Shown: positions 37,442 through 47,197 of the stretch, piece after piece
Layout of the letters: the number at the start of each line of letters is the position of its first letter
How positions within the stretch are numbered: the stretch's first letter is position 1
NCBI GenBank assembly: GCA_038231435.1
Contig: JBBRLJ010000003.1
Coordinates: 96,001 to 160,000 of the forward strand
Direction of reading: 5' to 3'
Length of the DNA stretch: 64,000 nucleotides
Source: Planctomycetota bacterium
GTDB taxonomy: Bacteria; Planctomycetota; UBA11346
Position numbers and translations under genes: made by a program
The notes under the pieces: generated by a model
Told to the model about the DNA's origin: nothing
Seen by the model: the letters and a program-made list of their open reading frames with translations, nothing else
Database searches by the model: none

Positions 37442-38013
37442 GTGGCCGCCTGGGCGCCGAGACGGCGCTCGAGGCATGCGCGCAGCGCCTGCCGCACGCG
37501 CATCAACGCCATGCGCACCGCGCCGTGCCCCTGGTCACGGGCTACAGCGATCTCGGCGCACGAGCGCTGGGCGAAGTAGTGCTCTTCGATCAGCTCGCGC
37601 TGGGTCTCGGACAAGGCGCCGAGACAGATGCCGAGCGCCTCGCTCTCCTGCAGACGGTCAGAGAGGCGATCGGCATCGGCCTCGAGAGCGTCGATGCGCC
37701 AGCCGGCGATGGCCTCGGCGAGCATGTCCGCGTCGCGGCTCAGACGGCGTCGATGGGCGCGCAGGCTCGCCAAGGCCTGGTTGCGCGCGATGCCGGCCAG
37801 CCAGGCGCCGAACGGGACCTCTTCCCGGAAGCTCGGCAAGTTGCGCCAGGCGGCCATGAAGACCTCCTGAGCCAGATCGTCGACGGTCGCGGCGTCGCGG
37901 ACCCAGCGCGCGAGGTAGCCGCGAACGCGCGCATGGTGGAGCCCCACCAGCGACGCGAAGGCGTCATGGGATCCCTCGCGGGCGGCGGATACGATGTCGT
38001 TCTCATCGAGCAT
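37438..38013 (-). CDS. ECF RNA polymerase sigma factor
   Basis: GSHDAFASLV, DDLAQEVF, FGAWLAGIARN, SCAEIA...AVRMALMRVRQALRAC. Confidence 0.92.
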   Translation of the reverse strand: MLDENDIVSAAREGSHDAFASLVGLHHARVRGYLARWVRDAATVDDLAQEVFMAAWRNLPSFREEVPFGAWLAGIARNQALASLRAHRRRLSRDADMLAEAIAGWRIDALEADADRLSDRLQESEALGICLGALSETQRELIEEHYFAQRSCAEIAVARDQGHGAVRMALMRVRQALRACLERRLGAQAAT

Positions 38014-38266
38014 GGGCTGTCTCCAGAGCACGTTGCCGCCATCGGGCGGGTGTCACGGGCGGGCTTGACGATTCGCGCGATCGGCGCACGCCTGGGAAGT
38101 CTCTGGGCCGCGATAGTCCTGCGGCGAACCACGCCCGAGCACGCCATAGTCATGCATTCCACCGCTCCTGGCGCATCGCCGGGCCGATGCGCCAGCGGGC
38201 CCGGGCACTGGGTGGATGAGACACCCGAGCTATGGCCGAGGTCCCTCGCATGGGGTATGCTACGAC

Positions 38267-41200
38267 ATGGGGCTGCCCTCCGCCGCGACCGCCCGGATGA
38301 CGCAGACCGTGGCCATCGCTGGATCAGCCCCGCTTCCTCCCCCAGCCGTCTCCACGGTCCCGGCATCTGGCGACCAGCCGCCGGCGCTCGCGAATCCCAG
38401 CATCGCATCCCAGCTGCATCGCAAGGCCCCCGCCACTGGCGACGAGCACCGCTACGAGATCGGCTCGCTGCTCGGCGCCGGCGCGAACGGCCGCATCTAT
38501 GCCGTCCGCGATCGCGATCTCGACCGTTCGATCGCAGTCAAATACCTGTCACACCAGGATGTCGGCAGCGACGACGTCCTCGAGAGCTTCCTCAACGAGG
38601 CGCGCATCACCGCTTCGCTCCAGCACCCGAACGTGCTCCCGGTCCACGAGATCGCGGTCGACCAGCGTGGGCAGGTGTACTTCACCATGAAGCGCATCGA
38701 GGGGCGATCGCTCGCCGATGCCATCGACGCGTCGACCTCCGAAGCGCGCGACGAACTGATCTCGTCTTCGAGCCGTATCGTGTCGATCGCGATCAATGTC
38801 TGCAGCGCGCTCGCCTACGCCCATCACCACCGCATCGTGCACCAGGACGTCAAGCCATCGAACATCATGCTCGGGAAGTTCGGTGAAGTCCTGCTCATCG
38901 ATTGGGGCAGCGCGATGGCCCTCGACAAGCCGGGAGCCGCCAAGCACCTTTATGGCACGCCGCTGTACATGAGCCCAGAGCAGGCACAGCGCAGCCACGC
39001 CGACGAACGCAGCGATGTGTACTGCATGGGCGCGACCCTGTTCCATGCGCTCACGCTGCGCTACCCGACCATGTGTTGGGACGAGGACGAGTTGTGGAAG
39101 CTGAAGCGCGAAGGCCGCATCGATCCGCCCACTCCCGATGAGCGCGCCCAGACCCCGCCGGCGCTGCTCGCCATCGCCTTGAAGGCCCTGGCCCCCTCGC
39201 CCGAGGCGCGCTACGCCGACGCCTCCGCCATGCTCGCCGACCTGCAGGCCTACCAGGCCGGCATGGCGGTGAGCGCGCGCTCGGACACGCTGCTCGAGCG
39301 CTTCCGACGCTGGTACCGCGCCAACGCCCGGGTGTTCTGGATCGCATGCTCATCCGCCGCGGCCATCGCCGCGATCTCGGCCGCCTTCCTGGTCGAGAAG
39401 TCCAAGGAACATGCCGCCTGGCACGTGGTCTACGATGAGGATTTCACGCACGCCACGCCCGCGTCGCTGGCCGCCACGTGGATGGGCCTGAACGGGAATC
39501 CAGGCGACGATGGCTTCCACGAGATACCGCTGACCTCGAAACGCTTCTCGATCCAGGACGGGTGCGTGCACCTGATCGGGGAACTCGGCTACACCGAACT
39601 GTCGTACCGCGCCGATCTCTTCGGCGATGTGCGCGTGGAATGGGATTATTCCCAGCCCAAGGGCAACCAGAACCTCAATTGCTTCATCGGCGGGCACGAC
39701 CGCTGGACCGGCTATACCTTCCACGTGGGCTCGTGGTTGAATCCGGCCTACGTGGCGCTCACCACCGGACCCCAGTACCCGATCCTCGATTGCGATTATC
39801 TCGCACATCCGCTCGAGACCGGCCGCGTCTACCGCTTCACGATGGAGAAGGAGGGCTCACGCCTGCGCTTGCGCATGGACGGGAATACCATCTTCGACGA
39901 CGAGAATCCGGCGATGGCGTACGGCGACGCCTCGAGCGCGTTCGGATTCGACTGCGTCGATGGTTCCGATCTGGTGGTCACGCACGTGCGCGTCTCGCAC
40001 AAGCCCATCCCACAGAAGATCTCGCCGTTGGCGGTGGCGGACAAGCTGCTGCAGATCCACGACTACCCCCGGGCGGGATCGCAGTACCTGGACATCATGA
40101 CCTCCTACCCGGGTACCGAGCTCGCCCAGACCGCCGGTTTCCGCATGGCGGTGTGCGCCATCCGCTCCGGCGACGAAGCCAACGGAGTGAAGCAACTCGA
40201 AGCATTCGTGGCGGCCCACCCCGACGACACGCTCGCGCCATATGCGCTCTACGAGCTGCTCGATGCCAGCCGCCGCCATCACGACGACGCGCGCTCGGCA
40301 CGTTTGCGTGAAGCGTTGGTGCGCTGGCGCGAACATCCCATCCTCCAGCGCGTCATCGCCCAGCTGGCCGAAGATCACCTGCCCGAGCTCGCGACTGCGA
40401 AGGTGGCCAAGGTCAGCGATCAGCTCTACCGGCCCGACATCGTCGAGCGCATCCATGCCACGCTGGACGAGCTGCACCTGTGGGGTGATCGCTACGGGAC
40501 CGCGTGGTGGAAGAACTCGTACGTGTTCAGCTCGCCCGACGTGCTGCACTACCTCGGACACCATCGTGACGTCGCCGACCGCTATCCTCCCCAGTCGACC
40601 ACCGTCGGCATCGCCTTCCTGCGCATGGGGCTGTACGGCGAGCTCCTCGCGCGCTTCCCCCACGATCCCTTCCTTCGCGGCGCCGCGCTCGCCGATCAGG
40701 GCCGCGAGGACGAGGATGAGGGATCGTGGATGCACTGGCAGATCCTGCTCGATAGCGGCAGGTACGCCGAAGCGCTTGCGGATCCGCGGGTGCGCACCTA
40801 CATGCGCGCCCGCGCCTTGCTGCTGGCCGGGAAATACGAGGAAGTGGCGGCGGACTACCGCTATTCGTCATGGGACTGCGCCGACGCCCTGGTAGCCCTC
40901 GGCAGGCCCGAGGAGATCGGCGCCATCGACCCGTCGGACTCGACGCAGGCGCGCATGCTGCTGGAGACCGGCCGGCTGGACGAGGTGGTGGCGAAGTATC
41001 CCGGCGAGTACGACGCCCTCTATCGGGTGGTGCTGCACTACGTGATGCAGGGCGAAACCGCGAAGGCGCGGACACTGCTCGACGATCTGGCCATCGCCCA
41101 GGTACCGGCTGGCGGCGACTACCTGATGTTCCAGCGCGACGTCTTCCCGTACGCGTTGCGCATGATCTCGGGAGAGACCGGAGACGGGCCCGGTGCATTC

Positions 41201-41488
41201 GCAGAGACCCTCGCCCACCGCTACCAGAGCCGGCAGCGCATGTGGCATCTCGCGGCGTTCATCGCCGGGACCATCGACGAGGCGGCGTTCAACGCCCAGC
41301 CGTACCGCTATCTGGCCAAGGAACGCCTGGTGTTCGCGCAGGCCCTGCGCGCCGACTGCCATCGGAACGGCTCCGAGGCCCTGGCGCGGTATCGGGAATA
41401 CGCGGCCTCGCCGTGCTTCCCTTCGTATCCGGTGCTGTTCGAGCGCGAATTCGTGCGCTGGCGCATCGACGTGCTGTCCAAGCCGTGA
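38267..41488 (+). CDS. Receptor-type Ser/Thr kinase (kinase-TM-beta-sandwich-TPR-like), paralog 1
   Basis: LGAGANGRIY, IAVK, IVHQDVKPSNIM, IDWG, GTPLYMSPEQ, SDVYCMG; TM helix; large extracytoplasmic part. Confidence 0.9.
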   Translation: MGLPSAATARMTQTVAIAGSAPLPPPAVSTVPASGDQPPALANPSIASQLHRKAPATGDEHRYEIGSLLGAGANGRIYAVRDRDLDRSIAVKYLSHQDVGSDDVLESFLNEARITASLQHPNVLPVHEIAVDQRGQVYFTMKRIEGRSLADAIDASTSEARDELISSSSRIVSIAINVCSALAYAHHHRIVHQDVKPSNIMLGKFGEVLLIDWGSAMALDKPGAAKHLYGTPLYMSPEQAQRSHADERSDVYCMGATLFHALTLRYPTMCWDEDELWKLKREGRIDPPTPDERAQTPPALLAIALKALAPSPEARYADASAMLADLQAYQAGMAVSARSDTLLERFRRWYRANARVFWIACSSAAAIAAISAAFLVEKSKEHAAWHVVYDEDFTHATPASLAATWMGLNGNPGDDGFHEIPLTSKRFSIQDGCVHLIGELGYTELSYRADLFGDVRVEWDYSQPKGNQNLNCFIGGHDRWTGYTFHVGSWLNPAYVALTTGPQYPILDCDYLAHPLETGRVYRFTMEKEGSRLRLRMDGNTIFDDENPAMAYGDASSAFGFDCVDGSDLVVTHVRVSHKPIPQKISPLAVADKLLQIHDYPRAGSQYLDIMTSYPGTELAQTAGFRMAVCAIRSGDEANGVKQLEAFVAAHPDDTLAPYALYELLDASRRHHDDARSARLREALVRWREHPILQRVIAQLAEDHLPELATAKVAKVSDQLYRPDIVERIHATLDELHLWGDRYGTAWWKNSYVFSSPDVLHYLGHHRDVADRYPPQSTTVGIAFLRMGLYGELLARFPHDPFLRGAALADQGREDEDEGSWMHWQILLDSGRYAEALADPRVRTYMRARALLLAGKYEEVAADYRYSSWDCADALVALGRPEEIGAIDPSDSTQARMLLETGRLDEVVAKYPGEYDALYRVVLHYVMQGETAKARTLLDDLAIAQVPAGGDYLMFQRDVFPYALRMISGETGDGPGAFAETLAHRYQSRQRMWHLAAFIAGTIDEAAFNAQPYRYLAKERLVFAQALRADCHRNGSEALARYREYAASPCFPSYPVLFEREFVRWRIDVLSKP

Positions 41489-41559
41489 TCCGGGGGTGGG
41501 GCCGAGTGCCATCGGCATCGAGTAGTGGCCGGCATTGGCCGCTTGGGGTATACTGAGCC

Positions 41560-44500
41560 ATGGGATCGCCTTCCGACGCGATCGGCCGGATGACCCGGAC
41601 CGTGGCCATCGCCGGATCGATCCCCGAGCCGATCGCGGTCCCCGTCGGAGACGACGGTCCTCCTGCGCTCGCGCATCCCAGCCTCGCCTCGATGCTCCAT
41701 CTCGACGGCGTCCCCGACGGTACTGAGACCCGCTACGAACTCGGCGAGATGCTCGGCGCCGGCGGCAACGGCAGGATCTACTCGGTGCGCGATCGCGACC
41801 TCGATCGCCCGGTCGCCCTCAAATACCTGGCACGCCAGGCTGACGACCGCGACTCCCTCAAGGCGTTCCTCAACGAAGCGCGCATCACCGCCTCGCTCCA
41901 ACATCCCAACGTGCTCCCGGTGCACGAAATCGCCGTCGACCAGCGCGGGCAGGTGTACTTCACCATGAAGCGGATCGAGGGCCGTTCCCTCGCCGATGCC
42001 ATCGACGCTTCCACGCCCGCCTCGCGAAATGAGCACATCTCCAACATCGGCCGCATGGTCTCGATCGCGATCGACGTGTGCAGCGCCCTCGCCTACGCTC
42101 ATCATCACCGCATCGTGCATCAGGACGTCAAGCCGGCGAACATCATGCTCGGCACGTTCGGCGAGGTGCTGCTCATCGACTGGGGCAGCGCGATCCTGCT
42201 CGACACGACGAAGCCCGGCGAGCACCTCTACGGGACCCCGTTGTACATGAGCCCCGAGCAGGCTCGGCGCAGCCACGCCGACGAGCGCAGTGACGTGTAC
42301 TGCCTGGGCGGGACGCTCCTGCACATGCTGACGCTGCGTTATCCGCTCATGGCCGACGACGAGAATGAGCTGTGGCGTAAGAAGCGCGATGGCCTCATCG
42401 ATGCTCCCTCGCCCGATGAGCGCGCCGGTATTCCACCGGCGCTGATGGCCATCACCCTGCGTGCCTTGGCCTCGGCCCCCGAGGCTCGCTACGCGAACGC
42501 CAAGGCGATGCTCGACGACCTGGAGGCGTACCAGGCGGGCCTGGCGGTGTCGGCGCGATCGGACACCCTGCTCGACCGTTGCCGGCGCTGGTACCGCCAC
42601 AATGCGAGGCTGTTCTGGGTCTCGGCGGCGTTGCTCGCGGTCATCGCCGCGGTCTCCGGCGCTTTCCTGGTCGAGAAATCGAAGGAGCGCGCCGACTGGC
42701 ACGTGGTGTACACCGAGGACTTCTCCCATGCGACGCCGAAATCCATCGCCGCGTCGTGGATGGGCATGACGGGGTATCCGGGAGACACCGCGTTCGTCGA
42801 ATTGCCCTTGGATTCGCAGCGGCTCTCGATCGAGGACGGCCACGTGCGACTGCTTGGCGGCCATGGCTACACCGACCTCACCTATCGGGGCGATCTGACT
42901 GGCGATGTACGCGTGGAATGGGAATACACCTCACCGGTCTCCAAGCTCGATCTGAACTGCTTCATCGGCGGCCATGACCGCCTGTCAGGTTACACCTTCC
43001 ACATCGGTTCGTGGTCGAACTCCGCGTATGTCTCGCTCACCACCATGCCCAAGTACGCGATCCTCGACTGCGACTACCTGGCCCACCCGCTCGAGGCCGG
43101 CCACCCGTACCGCTTCGCGATGGAGAAGGAAGGCTCGCGGCTGCGCCTGCGCATCGACGGCACGACCATCTTCGACGACGAGAATCCGGCGATGGCCTAC
43201 GGCGACGCGTCGAGCGCATTCGGATTCGACTGCGTGGAGAATTCCGAGGTGATCATCTCGCACGTGCGGGTCTCGCACAAACCAATGCCGCAGCGGATTT
43301 CGCCGATCGCGGTGGCCGACAAACTGATGCAGATCCGCGACTACGCGCGCGCGGAATCGCAGTACCAGGACATCGGCATGGCGTATTCCGGGACCGACCT
43401 CGCCCGCGTCGCCAGCTTCCGCATGGCGGTATGCGCGCTGCGCTCCGGAGCCGTGGATCGCGGCGCCACGCAGCTCGCATCGTTCGTGCAGGACCGCCCA
43501 CGCGACCAGCTCACCCCGTACGCGCTCTATGAACTGCTGCAGGTGAGCCGGGAGCGCCATGACGATGCGGAAGCGGCCCGCCTGCGCGAAGCGCTCGTGC
43601 AGTGGCGCGGCCACGCCATCCTCCAGCGAGTCATCGCCCAGCTGGCCGATGCCCACCTCTCCGAGCTCGAGAACGTGGAGAGCGGGGGAGTCAGGGAACC
43701 GCTCCACCCCGCGGGCGTCGTCGAGCGCATCCACGCCACCCTCGACGAGCTCCATCTCTGGGGCGACCGCTATGGCACGGCGTGGTGGAAGAACACCTAC
43801 GTGTTCACCTCGCCGGGGGTGCTCGAGGACCTCGGCCTCTTCCGCGACATCGTCGAGCGCTACCCACCGCGATCGACCACGGTCGGCATAGCGCTGATCA
43901 AGATGGGCAAGTACGACGAGGCGTTGGCGCGATTCGCCCACGATCCCCTGGTGAAGGGCGTCGCGCTCATGGATCTCGGTCGGGGGGATGAGAGCCCGGA
44001 TTCGTACGGATACCTCCAGGTTCTCATGGATCGCGGCGAGTACGCGGCGGTGCTCGCGAACCCTGGCGCGCACGGCGAATTCCGCGCCCACGCGCTGGTG
44101 CTCGCGGGCAGGTACGAGGAAGTGCTCGCGTCGTACCGCTATTCGATCTGGGAATGCGCCGACGCCCTCATCGCCTTGGGTAGGCCCGCCGAGATCGGAA
44201 CACTCGAACCCGGCAACGGACTCCAGGCAGTGATGCTGGTCGAGACCGGACGGCTCGACGAGGTGGTGGAGAAGTATCCCCATGAATACCCCGCCTTGTA
44301 CCGGGTGGTCTTGCATCGACTGGTGGCGGGGGACACCGTCCGAGCGCGAGCGCTGCTCGACGATCTGGATGCCGCCAAGGTTCCGGAGGGCAACGAATAC
44401 CTGATGTTCGAGCGCGACATCTTCCCCTCTGCGCTGCGCATGATCACGGGCGAGACCAGCGACGGCCCGGGAGCGTTCGCCAAGACCCTGGCGACCCCCT

Positions 44501-44766
44501 TCCGCTGCCGGCAGCGCATGTGGCACCTGGCCTCGTTCATCGCCGGCACCATCGACGAACCCGCGTTCGAGGCCCAGCCGTACCGCTACCTGGCGAAGGA
44601 ACGGCTGCTGTTCGCCCGTGCGCTGCGCGCGGATTGCCATCATCAGCGCGACGAAGCGTCGCGGGACTACCTCGCCTACTCGCGGCTCCCCTGCTTCCGC
44701 TCGTACGCCAACACCTTCGAGCGCGAGTTCGTACGTTGGCGGATCGACGCGCTATCCAAGGAGTGA
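41560..44766 (+). CDS. Receptor-type Ser/Thr kinase, paralog 2 (tandem duplicate)
   Basis: LGAGGNGRIY, VALK, IVHQDVKPANIM, IDWG, GTPLYMSPEQ; collinear with paralog 1 along its whole length. Confidence 0.9.
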   Translation: MGSPSDAIGRMTRTVAIAGSIPEPIAVPVGDDGPPALAHPSLASMLHLDGVPDGTETRYELGEMLGAGGNGRIYSVRDRDLDRPVALKYLARQADDRDSLKAFLNEARITASLQHPNVLPVHEIAVDQRGQVYFTMKRIEGRSLADAIDASTPASRNEHISNIGRMVSIAIDVCSALAYAHHHRIVHQDVKPANIMLGTFGEVLLIDWGSAILLDTTKPGEHLYGTPLYMSPEQARRSHADERSDVYCLGGTLLHMLTLRYPLMADDENELWRKKRDGLIDAPSPDERAGIPPALMAITLRALASAPEARYANAKAMLDDLEAYQAGLAVSARSDTLLDRCRRWYRHNARLFWVSAALLAVIAAVSGAFLVEKSKERADWHVVYTEDFSHATPKSIAASWMGMTGYPGDTAFVELPLDSQRLSIEDGHVRLLGGHGYTDLTYRGDLTGDVRVEWEYTSPVSKLDLNCFIGGHDRLSGYTFHIGSWSNSAYVSLTTMPKYAILDCDYLAHPLEAGHPYRFAMEKEGSRLRLRIDGTTIFDDENPAMAYGDASSAFGFDCVENSEVIISHVRVSHKPMPQRISPIAVADKLMQIRDYARAESQYQDIGMAYSGTDLARVASFRMAVCALRSGAVDRGATQLASFVQDRPRDQLTPYALYELLQVSRERHDDAEAARLREALVQWRGHAILQRVIAQLADAHLSELENVESGGVREPLHPAGVVERIHATLDELHLWGDRYGTAWWKNTYVFTSPGVLEDLGLFRDIVERYPPRSTTVGIALIKMGKYDEALARFAHDPLVKGVALMDLGRGDESPDSYGYLQVLMDRGEYAAVLANPGAHGEFRAHALVLAGRYEEVLASYRYSIWECADALIALGRPAEIGTLEPGNGLQAVMLVETGRLDEVVEKYPHEYPALYRVVLHRLVAGDTVRARALLDDLDAAKVPEGNEYLMFERDIFPSALRMITGETSDGPGAFAKTLATPFRCRQRMWHLASFIAGTIDEPAFEAQPYRYLAKERLLFARALRADCHHQRDEASRDYLAYSRLPCFRSYANTFEREFVRWRIDALSKE

Positions 44767-45034
44767 CCCGCGCCCCGAGGGCTGGGGCCCTTCATAAGTC
44801 GCAGCTTCCGTTCGCCAAGTCGGCGTAACGCACCCGCCGGCAACGGGAACCTGCGGTCTCCCATGGGTTTTTGCCGGCCTACCCGGTGACACAGGCGGGC
44901 GCCGACCTGTTCAGGTTTCACGCGTATGGTGGCGGGAATCCCTTTTCGGGTACGGTGGTCGGATGGGGCCAGGCAAACGCCGCCGGTCGGCCATTCCGTC
45001 ACAGCGCGAAACCATCCCCGAAATCCAGGAGCCG

Positions 45035-46987
45035 ATGATGCTGCCAACTCTCCTCCGTGCGGCGCTCTGCGTGATCATCTTCGCCCTCTTCACCTCGCCG
45101 CTGTCGGCATCGGTGACCGCGAGCGATTTCGCGTTTCGCAGCTACACCGCCGGCGGGCTGACCGTGCCCTACCGCATGTATTCCCCTGCGAGCCTGCAGG
45201 CCGGGACCACCTATCCGCTGATCATCTTCCTGCACGGCATCGGCGAACGCGGCACCGACAACGCCGCACAGCTGGCGGGAAACTGCCAGGGCAGCTGGAT
45301 CTTCCTGTCCGACACCAACCAGGCGAAGCAGAAGTGCTTCTTCATCGCGCCGCAATGTCCCGGCAACATCGATTGGGGCGATGGGCAGATGGAGACCAAT
45401 CTCGCGGCCATCATCCAGCAGCTGCCGTCGTCGTTCGCCATCGATCCCGACCGCATCTACATCACCGGCATCTCGCTGGGCGGCGCTGGCACCTGGGCGA
45501 TGATGGCAAACCACGGCGGCCTGTTCGCGTGCGCCATCCCCCAGTCGGGTTGGGGAGCTGGCAATTACGCCTCCTTCAAGACCGTGCCGTTGTGGTGCTT
45601 CCATGCCAACGATGACGGCGTGGTGGGCGTGGGCGCCGATGACGGCGCCATCGCGGCCATGCGCACGGTCGGCGGCGAGCCCATCTACACGCGCTACGAT
45701 TTCGGCAACCACGGGATCTGGACCCAGGCGTACGCCACGCCACCGCTGTTCGATTGGATGGTGGCGCAGCGCCGCTCGGCTCCTCAGAGCGTGGCCCCGG
45801 CGGTGCACATCACCTCACCCACCGCATCGGCCGCGTGGACGACCAACCAGGCTACTGCCTCGTTCGCCGGCGACGCCTCGGCCATCGCCTCGGTCACCAG
45901 CGTCGCCTGGCAGTACACCAACACCGACTCCAGCGAGGCCGGCTACCAGGCTGGAACCGCGGCCGGGACCGCGAGCTGGAGCTTCGGCCCGGTGACGCTG
46001 CGCGCTGGCCAGACCGTGCGCATGCGCGCGCTCGCTACCGGCACCAGCTGGTCGTCCGTCGGTTGGGCGGGCAATACCACCTTCAGCGACAGTCTCGACG
46101 TCACCCAGCAGGCCGGAGCCGTCGACGGCACGCCGCCCGCGGTGACCATCACCTCTCCGACCGCCGCCGCCACCTGGACGGCCAGCTCCGCGTCGATGGC
46201 GCTGGGAGGAACGGCATCGGACAACGTGGGCGTCACCAACGTTACCTGGAGTAGCAATCGCGGCGGTTCAGGCAACGCCTCGGGAACCGGCGCGTGGAGC
46301 GTCCCGTCCATCGCTCTGCAAGCCGGCAGCAACATCATCACCGTCACCGCCTCGGACGCGGCCGGCAACACCGCGACCGATGCGATCACGGTTTCATGGA
46401 CCGCGCCCAGCGGAACCGGCACCGGAACGGGCACGGGTACTGGAACCGGCACGCCGGCAACAGGCACCGGCGGCTTCGCCACCCAGTATTTCCACACCAT
46501 CGACCTCACCGGCTCGTACGTGAGCGCGGGGGTGTCAGCCATCGACTTCGACTGGGGTGCCGGATCACCCGACGCAGCGATCGGCGTCGACAATTTCAGT
46601 GCGCGCTGGACAGGCATGGCGACGCCCGCCACCTCGGGCTCCTACACCTTCTTCGCCACTGGCGACGATGGCGTTCGCCTATGGGTCGACGGCGTCCTGG
46701 TGATCGATCACTGGGTCGATCAGGCCGCAACCGAGTACAGCGCCGTGGTCACCCTCACCGCTGGCATCGCCGCGTCGATCCGCATGGAATATTATGATCA
46801 TGGCGGCAGCGCGGTCGCGCGCCTGATGTGGTCCAGCACGGGCGTGCCGAAGCAGGCGATCCAAGCCGATGCCGCCACCACCCAGGCCCAGGGCAGCCAC
46901 GGCTGCGGCTTCGGCGGCGCCGCGGGACTGCTGCTGGCCGCGCTGCTGCTGGGCCAGCTCTCGATTCGACGACGTGTCCAGGGCTGA
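45035..46987 (+). CDS. Secreted alpha/beta-hydrolase + Ig-like + PA14 + CGxG-TM-Arg tail (paralog of 33151-35931)
   Basis: AGGAG RBS; signal peptide; YPLIIFLHGIGERG, GISLGG, DDGVV, NHGIW; (GT)n linker; PA14; ends SHGCGFGGAAGLLLAALLLGQLSIRRR. Confidence 0.87.
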   Translation: MMLPTLLRAALCVIIFALFTSPLSASVTASDFAFRSYTAGGLTVPYRMYSPASLQAGTTYPLIIFLHGIGERGTDNAAQLAGNCQGSWIFLSDTNQAKQKCFFIAPQCPGNIDWGDGQMETNLAAIIQQLPSSFAIDPDRIYITGISLGGAGTWAMMANHGGLFACAIPQSGWGAGNYASFKTVPLWCFHANDDGVVGVGADDGAIAAMRTVGGEPIYTRYDFGNHGIWTQAYATPPLFDWMVAQRRSAPQSVAPAVHITSPTASAAWTTNQATASFAGDASAIASVTSVAWQYTNTDSSEAGYQAGTAAGTASWSFGPVTLRAGQTVRMRALATGTSWSSVGWAGNTTFSDSLDVTQQAGAVDGTPPAVTITSPTAAATWTASSASMALGGTASDNVGVTNVTWSSNRGGSGNASGTGAWSVPSIALQAGSNIITVTASDAAGNTATDAITVSWTAPSGTGTGTGTGTGTGTPATGTGGFATQYFHTIDLTGSYVSAGVSAIDFDWGAGSPDAAIGVDNFSARWTGMATPATSGSYTFFATGDDGVRLWVDGVLVIDHWVDQAATEYSAVVTLTAGIAASIRMEYYDHGGSAVARLMWSSTGVPKQAIQADAATTQAQGSHGCGFGGAAGLLLAALLLGQLSIRRRVQG

Positions 46988-46988
46988 C

Positions 46989-47023
46989 GCGGGCTGCTGC
47001 GGGCTGCTGCGGGCTGCTGCGGG
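46989..47023 (+). repeat. 10-bp tandem repeat (GCGGGCTGCT, about 3.5 copies)
   Basis: gc gggctgctgc gggctgctgc gggctgctgc ggg immediately after the stop codon. Confidence 0.75.
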
Positions 47024-47197
47024 ATAGACCGGCAGGAGCCACGCGGGCGACCCCCAAGGCTCGTCGACGCGCGAGCAATGTGTCCATAATTTCGCGTCGC
47101 CGTGGACATCCCTGGCGCGCGAGGGCACCATCCGTCATCGGTCGGAGGTGTCGGCTCGTCGAGCCCGCGCGCCGATCCTCCGCATCGAGGATCCCCC

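Noticed and set aside
46989..47023. 10-bp tandem repeat as a phase-variation or regulatory element
   Set aside because: Only about 3.5 copies, just after a stop codon; most simply replication slippage.
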